Source: Anaeromyxobacter sp.
Lineage (GTDB): Bacteria; Myxococcota; Myxococcia; Myxococcales; Anaeromyxobacteraceae
Direction of reading: 5' to 3'
Assembly (NCBI GenBank): GCA_049840735.1
Contig: JASGJN010000002.1
Location: 193,109 to 257,108 of the forward strand
Length of the DNA stretch: 64,000 bases
In this document: positions 52,401-61,970 of the stretch, one piece after another
Position numbering within the stretch: the first letter of the stretch is position 1
Layout of the letters: each line of letters opens with the position of its first letter
Notes under the pieces: generated by a model
Seen by the model: only the letters and a program-made list of their open reading frames with translations
Told to the model about the DNA's origin: nothing
Databases searched by the model: none
Position numbers and translations under genes: made by a program

Positions 52401-52651
52401 GTACGCTCCATCCAGCGGGGAAGCCCTGCCCGTCGGGCCGTTCAGCGGCTGCTGGGGTCGGTGAGGATGTGGTGGATTATGCGCCACGCCCCTCGCCTGC
52501 ACAGGTCCCACGTTGACGGGGTGTCGAAATGCCTCGCACGAAGGCAGCGGAGCGGCTTCTCGCCACGACTCAGGCGGGTGGTCCTCCGGCCGCGCGATCA
52601 CACCCGCGATGCCGCGCGACTCGTCCGACCGATGAGGGGATCGCTCCGGCT

Positions 52652-53203
52652 TCAGGGCGAGCCGAGCGGATGGCGCCAGACGCTGACGTGGATCTCGCAC
52701 GGGACCTCGCCGTGGGCCGCGTAGCCGGGCCGATCGCCCAGCGCCTTCGCGACCTCGTCCATCTGCATCCAGCGCGGGTCCGTGTGGCTCGCGTCGCCCA
52801 GCACGGCGTGGCCGATCTCGTGGACCAGCACGGTTGCCTCGACGCACGAGAACGTGCCCGTCCCCGGGTCGACCGTGGTCACCTCGATGTCGCCGTCGTA
52901 GCAGCCGAGCGCCGTGCCGCCGTTGCAGGGCACCTTCTCCGCGCCGGTGAGCGTGAGCGCGGTGCCCTCGAGCTGGGTCCAGCTGCCGCCCCAGTACTGC
53001 AGTGCCGCGTCGATGGTGCTCTCGACACGGCCGGGCAGGTCTGGGCGGCTGGCGAAGGGCGCGTCGGTGCGGAGCCGCACGGTCACGCCTCGCACCGCGA
53101 ACGCGTCGGCCGACGCGCCGGCGCTGCCGCCGCACGCCGCGTTGCCGGCGACCATCGCGATGGCCGCGACCACGATCCCGAACGAGCGAGGAGCCCGACG
53201 CAC
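52652..53203 (-). CDS. Small lipoprotein with HExxH zinc motif
   Basis: Signal plus NAAC; VLVHEIGHAVLGDASH. Confidence 0.6.
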   Translation of the reverse strand: MRRAPRSFGIVVAAIAMVAGNAACGGSAGASADAFAVRGVTVRLRTDAPFASRPDLPGRVESTIDAALQYWGGSWTQLEGTALTLTGAEKVPCNGGTALGCYDGDIEVTTVDPGTGTFSCVEATVLVHEIGHAVLGDASHTDPRWMQMDEVAKALGDRPGYAAHGEVPCEIHVSVWRHPLGSP

Positions 53204-53502
53204 GCCTCGATACGTATTTGCTGTAGGCGAAGGTCGGTAGCCGTCATCTTTGTGACACCTGATCCCACGACAGGGCGCCCAGCGTCACCCGTCCGGGGTC
53301 AATCCTCCTGAAATCACTGGGACGACGTGGACCCGCCCGAGGTGGTGGGATTTTGCGCACCTCGTCATCGATGTATTCCCACAGATCACAATAACTTAGC
53401 CTCGTTGGCGGCTTTTGACCGGACGCTATCACATGCGAGAACGTCACTTGAACGCAGGACAGCCGTGGAGGCGCCACGCCGCCCGGCCCCGAGGACCAGA
53501 CG

Positions 53503-54271
53503 ATGACGAAGACCCCCTTCCGCCGCTCCGCCAACGCCTTCGCTGCGCTCGCCTGCACGGCGCTCCTCGCCTGCAGCGCCGAGAGCGAAGCTTGCCACCA
53601 CCTCCCCCGGCGGCGGCGCTGGCCAGGACGTCACGGTCGACGTCCAGCCGGCGACGGCCACGGTCGAGCCCGCCGGCGACGTCCAGTTCGCCGCGGCCGT
53701 GACCGGCACGGCGGACACCCGCGTCACCTGGGTGGTGGTCGAGTCCGGCGGCGGCTCCGTCTCCGGCACCGGCGCCTACGTCGCCCCCGGCTCGGCGGGC
53801 ACGTTCCACATCCGCGTCGCCAGCGTCGCCAATCCCTCCAAGACGGCGCAGGCCACCGTGACCGTGACCGCGGCGCCTCCGCCTCCGGTGACCGTCACCG
53901 TCAACCCCGGCACCGGCGCGGTGGACGCGTGCCGCACGCTGCAGCTCGCCGCCACGGTGGCGAACAGCTCCAACACGGCCGTGACCTGGTCGGTGCAGGA
54001 GGGCGCGGCGGGCGGCACCGTCTCCGCCGCCGGCCTCTACACCGCGCCGTCGTCCGCGGGCACCTACCACGTGGTCGCCACCAGCCAGGCCTCCGCGACC
54101 GCGACCGCCACGGCGACCATCACCGTCGCCGATCACATCCTCTCGGTGGCCGTGACGCCCGGCTCGGCCACCTTGCAGGCCAACGGCACGCTCCAGTTCA
54201 CCGCCTCCGTGACCACGACCTGCGGCACGGTCACCGCCGCCCAGAGCACGGTGGTCGCCGCGGCCCAGTAG
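53503..54271 (+). CDS. Lipoprotein of tandem Ig-like domains (apparent frameshift ~53592)
   Basis: LLAC lipobox; repeated VTW.V.E..GG.VS..G.Y.AP..AGT.H motif, also found in the beta-helix paralogs. Confidence 0.75.
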
Positions 54272-54298
54272 GTCCGCCGCCCTCCCCCAAGGCTCCGG

Positions 54299-54334
54299 AA
54301 GCCCGGCCCGCCCGCGCGGCAGGCCGGGCTTTCC
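54299..54334 (+). terminator. Probable terminator hairpin
   Basis: AAGCCCGGCC...GGCCGGGCTT stem right after the stop, short T run. Confidence 0.5.
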
Positions 54335-54507
54335 CCTTCCGATATCGCCGGCGCCGGATGCCCCGTCGCACCCGGACGGCGGCCAGCCGCGGTTTCCCTC
54401 CTCCGCGCGCGGCCGGCGCGACACACTGCACGTAAACCTGTGGTAATCGAATGGATTGCGTCCGCCTTCGCGGACGGCGCGCGGCCTCACCGCCGCGGGG
54501 AGACGGC

Positions 54508-55858
54508 ATGAGGCGAGCGGTGCTGGCGGCGTTGCTGCTGAGCCTGCCGGGCCTGGTCCCGGCGGCCGAGCCTGCGAAGATCGTGGTCGGGCCCTTCCGG
54601 CGGGACGACGGCAAGGTCCTGGGCCGGCAGCTCCAGGGCGCGCTCTGCGCGACCTACCGCTGCCAGCCGCGCAGCGCCGTCGTGACCGACGGGAAGCTCG
54701 ACCTGGCCAAGGCCCGGGCCGGCGGCGTGGCCGGCGTCGTCACCGGCACCGTCACCACCTGGGACGGCAAGCGCCGCCTCTGGATCGCGCTCCGCACCGT
54801 CTCCCCCGAGCCGCAGCGCGACTGGAGCTTCGACCTCCAGCCCGACGGCGCGCTCTCCGAGGCCAGCGTCCAGCAGCTCCAGCGCGAGCTGGCCGCCGAG
54901 CTGGCCAAGCCGCGCCCGCCGCCCTCCCGCGCGCCGCTCACCACCCCCGGCCCGGTGGCCGGCGCCGGCGCGGCCGCGGCCGGCAAGGGCAAGACCAAGG
55001 CGCCCGCCCCCCAGCCCTCCGCGCCCACCGCGCAGGCCGCGCCGCCCCCGGCCCCGCCCGCGCCGAAGCCGGCCGCGCCTCCGCCTGCGCCGCCGAAGCC
55101 AGCGCCAAGGCTGCCGGCGCCCCGCCCCTGCTCGCCGTCGAGGCTGGCCTCTCCTTCCTCAACCGCACCCTCGAGTACTCCGGCCTGGAGCCGGCCGGCA
55201 CCACGCCGCTGCGGACCTTCGACGCCCCCGGCATCCTGGCGCCGCGCGTCTCGGTGGAGCTCTACCCGGTCTCCGGCCACCCCAGCCGCTGGCTCAACGG
55301 CCTGGGCGTGGTCGGCGGAGTACGAGCACTCCGCCGGGCTCGAGACCGAGGATCCGAGACCGGCACCAAGCACCCCTCGACCTACAGCCGCATGCGCGCG
55401 GGCGTCCTCTGGCGCGTGGCTCCCATCGCCGGCAAGCCGCTGGTGCTGGTTCCGTCGGTCAGCTGGCTGAAGCAGACCCTGACCGTGGACGCCGTGGACG
55501 GCGCGTCCATCCCCGGCCTGCCCGACGCCGACCTCTCCGGCTGGTCCGCCGGCATCGGCGCCGAGTACCCGGTGGCCCGCGACTGGCTCGTCCTCGGCGG
55601 CCTCGACTACGTGGGCTGGACCACCGCCAAGGACCTGATCGAGGGCGACCCCGCCTTCTTCCCGGGCGGCAGCGCCCACGCCTTCGAGCTGCAGGCCGGC
55701 GCCGGCTGGTCCTTCGCGAAGGCCTGGTCGGTCCGCGCGCTGTTCACCTTCTCGTCCACCAGCTACTCGCTGGACGCCGATCCCACCGGCACGTACGTCG
55801 CCAGCAGCGCCACCGACAAGCTGCTGGGCGGCGGGTGACGGTGCGGTGGGAGCATTAG
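54508..55858 (+). CDS. Secreted protein: N-domain, Pro-rich linker, C-terminal outer-membrane beta-barrel (several apparent frameshifts)
   Basis: Signal peptide; P/A-rich linker; strands such as WSAGIGAEYP and FELQAGAGWSF spread over different frames. Confidence 0.65.
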
Positions 55859-55917
55859 GGGGCGTTCGATCCCGTCCGCCCCTCGACAGGCCCAGGGCGA
55901 ACGGAGGGTGACCCCCC

Positions 55918-55945
55918 GGACCGGACCCCGGAACGGGTCCGGTCC
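55918..55945. terminator. Perfect 11-bp hairpin between convergent genes
   Basis: GGACCGGACCC-CGGAAC-GGGTCCGGTCC. Confidence 0.55.
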
Positions 55946-55962
55946 CGGTCGCCGGTCGCGGT

Positions 55963-58900
55963 CTACAGGATCCCCGGCTTCCCCAGCTTCCAGCGCTCGT
56001 ACTCGGTCATGAGCAGCTCGACGTGCTCGCGCTCCTCGGCCGCGAGCTCGCGGTACAGCTCGCGCTCGGGCGAGCCCTCCGGGACCGCCGCGCCGCGGCT
56101 GGTGAAGTACTCCACCGCCCGCTGCTCGAACGCGATGGCCAGCCGGAACAGGTTGGCCGGATCCTCCGGGCGGCTGCTGGTGCCGGCGTAGATGGCGGCC
56201 CGCTCCAGCGGGAAGTCACCCGCCGGCGGCGGGACGTCCACGTGGTAGCGGCGCGAGAGCGTGGCGTTGTGCTCGCGCTCCATGCCCACGAACCGCTCGA
56301 ACAGCTCGCGCATGGCCGGGTCCTGCGCCTGCGCGGCCGCCTGGCCGTAGAACGCCATGCCGCCCAGCTCGATCTCGAAGGCGCGGCGGATGGCCTCCAG
56401 CTGCGCGGCCCCCTCCACCTGGCGCGGGTCGAGCACCGCCAGCTTGCCGCCGCAGGCCGGGCACATGCCGTAGGGGAAGGCGAACCCCTCGCTCACCTTC
56501 CCGCAGCCCTCGCAGCGCCAGGACAGCGCCGCGCCCCCGCAGCAGACGTAGTCGCCCTCGTCCTCCAGCGGGCGGTGGCACCTGGGGCAGCTGTGGGCCA
56601 GGGTCTGGGCCCCCACCGCGGTGGCGCCGGCGAACTCCGCCCGCTCCGGGTGGGCCGGCGCGGGCAGCGGCGAGGGCGGCTGGAACGCCGCGGCGTCCTG
56701 GGCCGTCACCGGCCAGCGCTTCCCGCCGGAGAGGTAGGCCGCGATGGAGCGGGCCGCCCGGCGCCCGGCGCCCATGGCCAGGATGACCGTGGCGCCGCCG
56801 GTGACGATGTCGCCGCCGGCGAAGACGCCGGGCAGGTTGGTGCACTGGGTGGAGGTGGGCTGGCCGTCGTCGGCCGCGATGTTGCCCCACTTGCTGAGCG
56901 CGATGCCCGGCGTGGACTGCGTGACGATGGGGTTGGGCTTGGTGCCCAGGGCGTAGATGACCGTGTCGCAGTCCAGGTCGCGGAAGTTGCCGGTCGGGAT
57001 GGGCTTGCGGCGCCCCTTCTCGTCCGGGTCGCCCAGCTTCATCTCCTCGACCTTCATGCCGCGGACGTTGCCCTCCGCGTCGGTGTGGATCTCGACCGGC
57101 GCGTGCAGGAAGAAGAACTCGATCCCCTCCTCCTTGGCGTGCCGCAGCTCCTCCACGCGCGCCGGCGCCTCCGCCTCGCTGCGGCGGTAGACGCAGCGGA
57201 CGGTGGGCGCCCCCAGCCGCTTGGCCACCCGCAGGCAGTCCATGGCGGTGTTGCCGGCGCCGATCACCACCACGCTCTTGCCCAGCGAGATGGGGGTGTC
57301 GAGGTACGGGAACTGGTCGCCGCCCATCAGGTTCACGCGGGTGAGGAACTCGTTGGCCGAGTAGACCTGGCCGGCGAACTCGCCCGGGATGCCCAGGAAC
57401 GCCGGCGCGCCCGCGCCCACGCCCAGGAAGACCGCGTCGTAGCCCTTCTCCGCCATGAGCTGCGGCACGGTGAAGGTCTTGCCGATGACCTTGTTGGTCT
57501 CGACCTTCACGCCCAGGTCGGTGAGCCGCTTCACCTCGCGGTCGATGATGGTGCGCGGGAGGCGGAAGGACGGGATGCCGTAGCGGAGCACGCCGCCCAC
57601 CACGTGCAGCGCCTCGTAGACGGTCACGTCGCAGCCGAACTTGACCAGGTCGGCCGCGGCCGCCAGGCCCGCCGGGCCCGAGCCGCACACCGCCACCTTG
57701 CCCAGCCTCCGCTCGAAGCGCGGCGGCGAGACCGGCCGCGGCCGGGCGTGGTCACCCACGAACCGCTCCAGCCGCCCGATGCCCACCGGCTCCATCTTCT
57801 TGGCCAGGATGCACTGCGCCTCGCACTGCGACTCCTGCGGGCACACGCGGCCGCAGATGGACGGGAAGATCGAGGCCTCGTTGATGACCGAGAGCGCGCC
57901 GTTCAGGTCGCGGACGATCAGGTGCCGGATGAAGCGCGGGATGTCGATCTGCACCGGGCAGCCGGCGATGCAGGTGGGGCGGGCGCACTGGATGCACCGC
58001 TCCGCCTCGCCCAGCGCGTCCTGCAGCGAGTAGCCCAGGTTCACCTCGTCGAAGGTGCGGGCGCGGGCGGCCGCGTCGCGCTCCGGCATCTTCGTCTGGT
58101 GCGGGGCCAGCTCCTTGAGCTTCTTGTAGTTGCGCTTCTCCTCCTCGAAGAGCTGCTTCTCGAGGTTGCAGAGGTGCGCGTAGTCCTCGGTGGCCTGGGA
58201 CTCCTGCCCCTTGAACCGCTTCTGCCGCGCCATCAGCTCCTTGAAGTCCACCTGGTGGCCGTCGAAGTCCGGGCCGTCCACGCAGGCGAAGCGGACGTCC
58301 TTGCCCACCGTCACGCGGCAGGAGCCGCACATGCCGGTGCCGTCCACCATGATGGCGTTGAGCGACACCATGGTCTTCACGCCGAACGGCCGCGTGGTCT
58401 CCACGCAGGCGTTCATCATGGGCAGCGGGCCGATGGCCACCACCAGGTCCGGGCGGTCCTTCTCGCAGACGTCCTTGAGCGCCGCGTTCACGAACCCGGG
58501 CCGCCCGTAGGAGCCGTCGTCGGTGCAGACGACGAGGTCGTCGCAGTAGCGGCGGAAGCGGTCCTCCCAGAAGATGAGCGGCTGGCTGCGGAAGCCGATG
58601 ATGCCGGTGACCCGGTTGCCGGCCTCCTTGAAGGCGCGCAGCTGCGGGTAGACCGGCGCCACGCCCAGGCCGCCACCCACCAGCACCACGTGGCCGACCT
58701 TCTCCACGTGCTGCGGCAGGCCCAGCGGGCCCACGAAGTCGGCGAACCGGTCGCCCTCCGCGTAGTGGTGCAGCATCTCGCGGGTGGTCTTCCCCAGCGC
58801 CTGCACCACCATGGTGATGGTGCCGCGCTGCCGGTCGAAGTCCGCCACCGTGAGCGGGATCCGCTCCGAGCCCTCGTGCAGGCGGACCATCACGAAGTGG

Positions 58901-58992
58901 CCCGGCTGCGCCGCGGCCGCGACGTCCGGCGCCTCGACCTCCCAGAGGAACGTGATGTCGGAGAACTGCTGGCGACGGACGATGCGATACAT
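55963..58992 (-). CDS. Fused NfnA-NfnB (SudB/SudA-GltD-like) oxidoreductase with C-terminal Cys-rich and rubrerythrin-like domains
   Basis: ERIPLT, GPLG, GGGLG, DGTGMCGSCR, CVDGP (NfnA); EAERCIQC, CPV, CGRVCPQESQCE, GSGPAG, GAGNTAMD, GGD (NfnB); CxxC clusters; two E...ExxH. Confidence 0.92.
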   Translation of the reverse strand: MYRIVRRQQFSDITFLWEVEAPDVAAAAQPGHFVMVRLHEGSERIPLTVADFDRQRGTITMVVQALGKTTREMLHHYAEGDRFADFVGPLGLPQHVEKVGHVVLVGGGLGVAPVYPQLRAFKEAGNRVTGIIGFRSQPLIFWEDRFRRYCDDLVVCTDDGSYGRPGFVNAALKDVCEKDRPDLVVAIGPLPMMNACVETTRPFGVKTMVSLNAIMVDGTGMCGSCRVTVGKDVRFACVDGPDFDGHQVDFKELMARQKRFKGQESQATEDYAHLCNLEKQLFEEEKRNYKKLKELAPHQTKMPERDAAARARTFDEVNLGYSLQDALGEAERCIQCARPTCIAGCPVQIDIPRFIRHLIVRDLNGALSVINEASIFPSICGRVCPQESQCEAQCILAKKMEPVGIGRLERFVGDHARPRPVSPPRFERRLGKVAVCGSGPAGLAAAADLVKFGCDVTVYEALHVVGGVLRYGIPSFRLPRTIIDREVKRLTDLGVKVETNKVIGKTFTVPQLMAEKGYDAVFLGVGAGAPAFLGIPGEFAGQVYSANEFLTRVNLMGGDQFPYLDTPISLGKSVVVIGAGNTAMDCLRVAKRLGAPTVRCVYRRSEAEAPARVEELRHAKEEGIEFFFLHAPVEIHTDAEGNVRGMKVEEMKLGDPDEKGRRKPIPTGNFRDLDCDTVIYALGTKPNPIVTQSTPGIALSKWGNIAADDGQPTSTQCTNLPGVFAGGDIVTGGATVILAMGAGRRAARSIAAYLSGGKRWPVTAQDAAAFQPPSPLPAPAHPERAEFAGATAVGAQTLAHSCPRCHRPLEDEGDYVCCGGAALSWRCEGCGKVSEGFAFPYGMCPACGGKLAVLDPRQVEGAAQLEAIRRAFEIELGGMAFYGQAAAQAQDPAMRELFERFVGMEREHNATLSRRYHVDVPPPAGDFPLERAAIYAGTSSRPEDPANLFRLAIAFEQRAVEYFTSRGAAVPEGSPERELYRELAAEEREHVELLMTEYERWKLGKPGIL

Positions 58993-59136
58993 CGGCGATC
59001 CTTCCGTGAAGCGCCGCGGCGCGGGGGTCACGCTTGGTACCAGCGGGGGCGCCGATCGTCAAGGACCCTGCGCCAAAAAGCCCGCGAGAACACTAGAGAA
59101 AATGTCTCGCTACGACGCGCCGCGGCTTGTCCGCGA

Positions 59137-60768
59137 TCAGCCGCGCGGCCGCGACTGGAGCTGCGCCAGCAGCGCCGAGATCTCCGGATCGCCCGGCGCC
59201 AGCGCCAGCGCGCGGCGGAGCAGCGCCAGGCCGCCGACCAGCCGGCCGGAGTCGATCTCGCCCCTCGCGCGGTCGAAGCAGCCCTGCGCCTCGGCGGAGC
59301 GCGGCGCGCCGGCCAGCGGGTAGGTGCCGGTGAGCGGCGGCGGGGTGCCTGAGTAGCCCGGATCCGAGGCGGCGGGCCAGCCAGGGGTGGGGCCGACCGG
59401 CGCGACCGGCCAGCCCGGGGCCGGCGCGGCGGCGGCCGGCGGCGGCTGCGCCCAGCCCTGCTGCTGGGCCGGGGGCGTGGCCGGCCAGGCCGGCGCGGGA
59501 GCCTGCGGCTGGGGCCACGCCGGCTGCGCCTGGACCGGCGGCTGCTGCGGCCAGGCCGGCGCTGGCGGCTGCGGCTGCGGCGGCTCCACCGGCCAGCCCG
59601 CGCCGGATCCGCCCCACGCCTGGTTGGGATCGATCCAGGTACCGCCCTGCTGCTCGGGCTGCAGCCAGCCCTGCTGCTGGTCAGGCGGAAGCCAGTTGGA
59701 GGCGTCCGCCACCGAGGACACGCCCCAATCCTGCGGCGGCGGCTGCTGCGGCGCCGGAGGGGCCCAGGGCTGGCGCCCGGAGGGTGGCGCCGGCCAGGCG
59801 GGCCCGGGCTGCTGCTGCGGGATCGGCCAGGCCGGGGCCGGTGGGGCGGGCTGCTGCCCGGGCCAGGGGGCGGGAGCCGGCTGCGCCACCGGCCAGGCCG
59901 GCGCGGCGGGCGCGGGGGCCGCGGGCCAGGCAGGCGCGGCCGGCGCGGCGGCCGCGGGCCAGGCCGGCGCGGCCGGAGGCTGGGGCGGCTGCGGCGCAGC
60001 GGTGGCCGGCACCGGCCAGGCAGGCACCTGCGGGGCCACGGGCGCAGGCGCGGCGCGGGGCGGGGGCGGCGGCGCGGCCCGCGGCGCGGCCGGCTCGGGG
60101 GCGGGCGCGGCCGGCGCGCCGGCGCTGGCGCGGAGCCCGTCCACCGCGATGGACGACTCGAGCTCGGCCAGGATTTCTTCCAGGCCTCCGGGTGGACCGA
60201 CCCGCCGCGCGAGAGGGTCACGTGCTGGTGGGCCAGCAGCGAGAAGAGCGAGCGCTGCATCACCGGCCAGCGGTCGCGCATGAGCGCGCGCAGCTCGGCC
60301 ACGGTGGCGCCGGAGCCGATGGCCCGCAGCAGCCCCACCTCGTCCGGCGTGAAGTCCACCAGGAAGCGCGGCGGCGAGGCAAGGTACACGGTCGCGTCCA
60401 CCGGGATCCGGTCCGGGATCCGGCGCACCTGCGGCAGCTTCGGATCCGCCGCCAGCAGCCGCTCGAACCAGCGCGTGGACTCGGCGTGGGCCGACTCGTC
60501 GAAGGCGATGCCGAGCCGCCAGGGCGGCCGCTCGGAGGCCCACGCCACGCGGGCGCTGACCCGCAGCGGCTCCTTGAGCCGGGGATGCGACAGGTCCAGC
60601 CGGATTCGGCTCCCCCTTGCGGACCAGCCGCGGGGAGACCAGCTGGCAGCCGTGCCCGCCGAGGTCCTCGGTCTGGGCCTCGAACACGCCCGCGGCCGCC
60701 ACCACCGCCACCTTGCAGCGGGCCGGGGCCCGGGGCGCCTTGCGCGGGTTCTGGATGTACTCGACCAT
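59137..60768 (-). CDS. PilZ-domain protein with long Pro/Trp/Gln-rich linker and C-terminal TPR-like helix pair (apparent frameshifts ~60605 and ~60175)
   Basis: RKAPR (RxxxR), EDLGGHG (DxxxxG), ARVAW, LGIAF; PAWP repeats. Confidence 0.78.
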   Translation of the reverse strand: MVEYIQNPRKAPRAPARCKVAVVAAAGVFEAQTEDLGGHGCQLVSPRLVRKGEPNPAGPVASPAQGAAAGQRPRGVGLRAAALAARHRLRRVGPRRVHALVRAAAGGGSEAAAGAPDPGPDPGGRDRVPCLAAALPGGLHAGRGGAAAGHRLRRHRGRAARAHARPLAGDAALALLAAGPPARDPLARRVGPPGGLEEILAELESSIAVDGLRASAGAPAAPAPEPAAPRAAPPPPPRAAPAPVAPQVPAWPVPATAAPQPPQPPAAPAWPAAAAPAAPAWPAAPAPAAPAWPVAQPAPAPWPGQQPAPPAPAWPIPQQQPGPAWPAPPSGRQPWAPPAPQQPPPQDWGVSSVADASNWLPPDQQQGWLQPEQQGGTWIDPNQAWGGSGAGWPVEPPQPQPPAPAWPQQPPVQAQPAWPQPQAPAPAWPATPPAQQQGWAQPPPAAAAPAPGWPVAPVGPTPGWPAASDPGYSGTPPPLTGTYPLAGAPRSAEAQGCFDRARGEIDSGRLVGGLALLRRALALAPGDPEISALLAQLQSRPRG

Positions 60769-60886
60769 CCCGGGCCACATCCTAGCCCAGGACTCCGGGG
60801 ACACCTATTCGGCGGCTGGCGCGGGCTGGTGGGGCCCGCGGTCCGGCGCTCCGGGCCCGGGCCCGGCCCCCGTCTACATTGCAGCC

Positions 60887-61970
60887 GTGCAGGCCGACGC
60901 ACTCCACCCTTCCCTGCTCGCCCGGGTCCGCCGGGCGCCGGTCACGGCGCTGCTGGCGGCGGCGTGCCTGGGGGCGTTCGCCTGGCTGCAGGCGCAGGGC
61001 GGCAGCACCGACCCCGTCACGCTGCTCCGCTGGGGCGCCCTGGCCCGGGAGCCGGTCTGGTTCGAGGGGCAGGGCTGGCGGCTGCTGACCGCCACCTTCC
61101 TTCACGCAGGGTTCATCCACCTGGCCTGCAACCTGGGCTTCGGCCTCCCCTGGTGCGCGCTGCTGGAGCGGGGGATCGGGCACGGGCGCTTCGCCGCCCT
61201 CTGGCTGGCCTGCGCGGTGGCCGGCTCGGCGCTCTCGCTGCTGGGCGGCCGGGCGGACGTCTCGGTGGGCGCCTCGGGCGCGCTGTTCGGGGTGATCGGG
61301 GCCGTGCTGGGGATGCAGCGCCGCCACGCCGGCGGCTGGCGCCCGTTCCTGGCCCACCGCGGCGTCCGGGCGGTGCTGGTCAACCTCCTGCTGCTCGGGG
61401 TGGCCGGGCTGTGGCTCCCCATCGACAACCTGGCCCACCTCGGCGGGCTGGTGACCGGGGCGGCGGCCGGCTGGCTGCTGGCCGGGCCGCCCCGGGCCTG
61501 GGGCTGGGGCGGGCTGGCCGCCGGCTGGCTGGCGGCCACGGCGCTCGCGCTCCACCCGCCGGCCGCGCTGCGGGCCGAGGCGGCCCGGGCGCACGGCGAG
61601 ATTCGGCCCGCTCCTGGTGCAGGCCGAGGCCGCGCTCCGCGCCGGCGACCTGGAGCGCGCGCGGGCGGTCGTGGACACGGCCCGGGCGCGCGGCCTGGAC
61701 GCGGTGGGGCTCGACTGGGCCGACGCCATGGTGAGCTTCGACGAGGGGCGCTACGGGAGCGCCCTGGAGCTGTTCGACCGCGCCCTGTCCGGCGCGGCCC
61801 GGCGCGGCTGGACCCAGCCCCACGCCGACCTGCTGGCCTCGCTCGGCATCGCCACCCGCCTGCTGGACGAGCGCTGCGCCGCGCGCGACCGGGTGGCCTG
61901 CTCGGCCGCCGAGCGGGCACGCGCGCTGGCCGCCCGGCACGCGGCGCCGGTCAGCCCCCCAGCGCCTTGA
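60887..61970 (+). CDS. Rhomboid intramembrane serine protease with C-terminal TPR-like region (apparent frameshift ~61602)
   Basis: [10 protein letters not shown]....[16 protein letters not shown]. Confidence 0.9.

Noticed and set aside
13026..59352. Many long antisense ORFs (e.g. 13026-15560, 19360-22722, 49497-52724, 56023-59352)
   Set aside because: Shadow frames of real genes, expected at this GC content; no recognisable motifs.
59387..60283. Gly/Ala/Cys-rich 298-aa ORF resembling a RiPP precursor or structural protein
   Set aside because: It is the antisense shadow of the Pro/Gln/Trp-rich linker of the PilZ gene.
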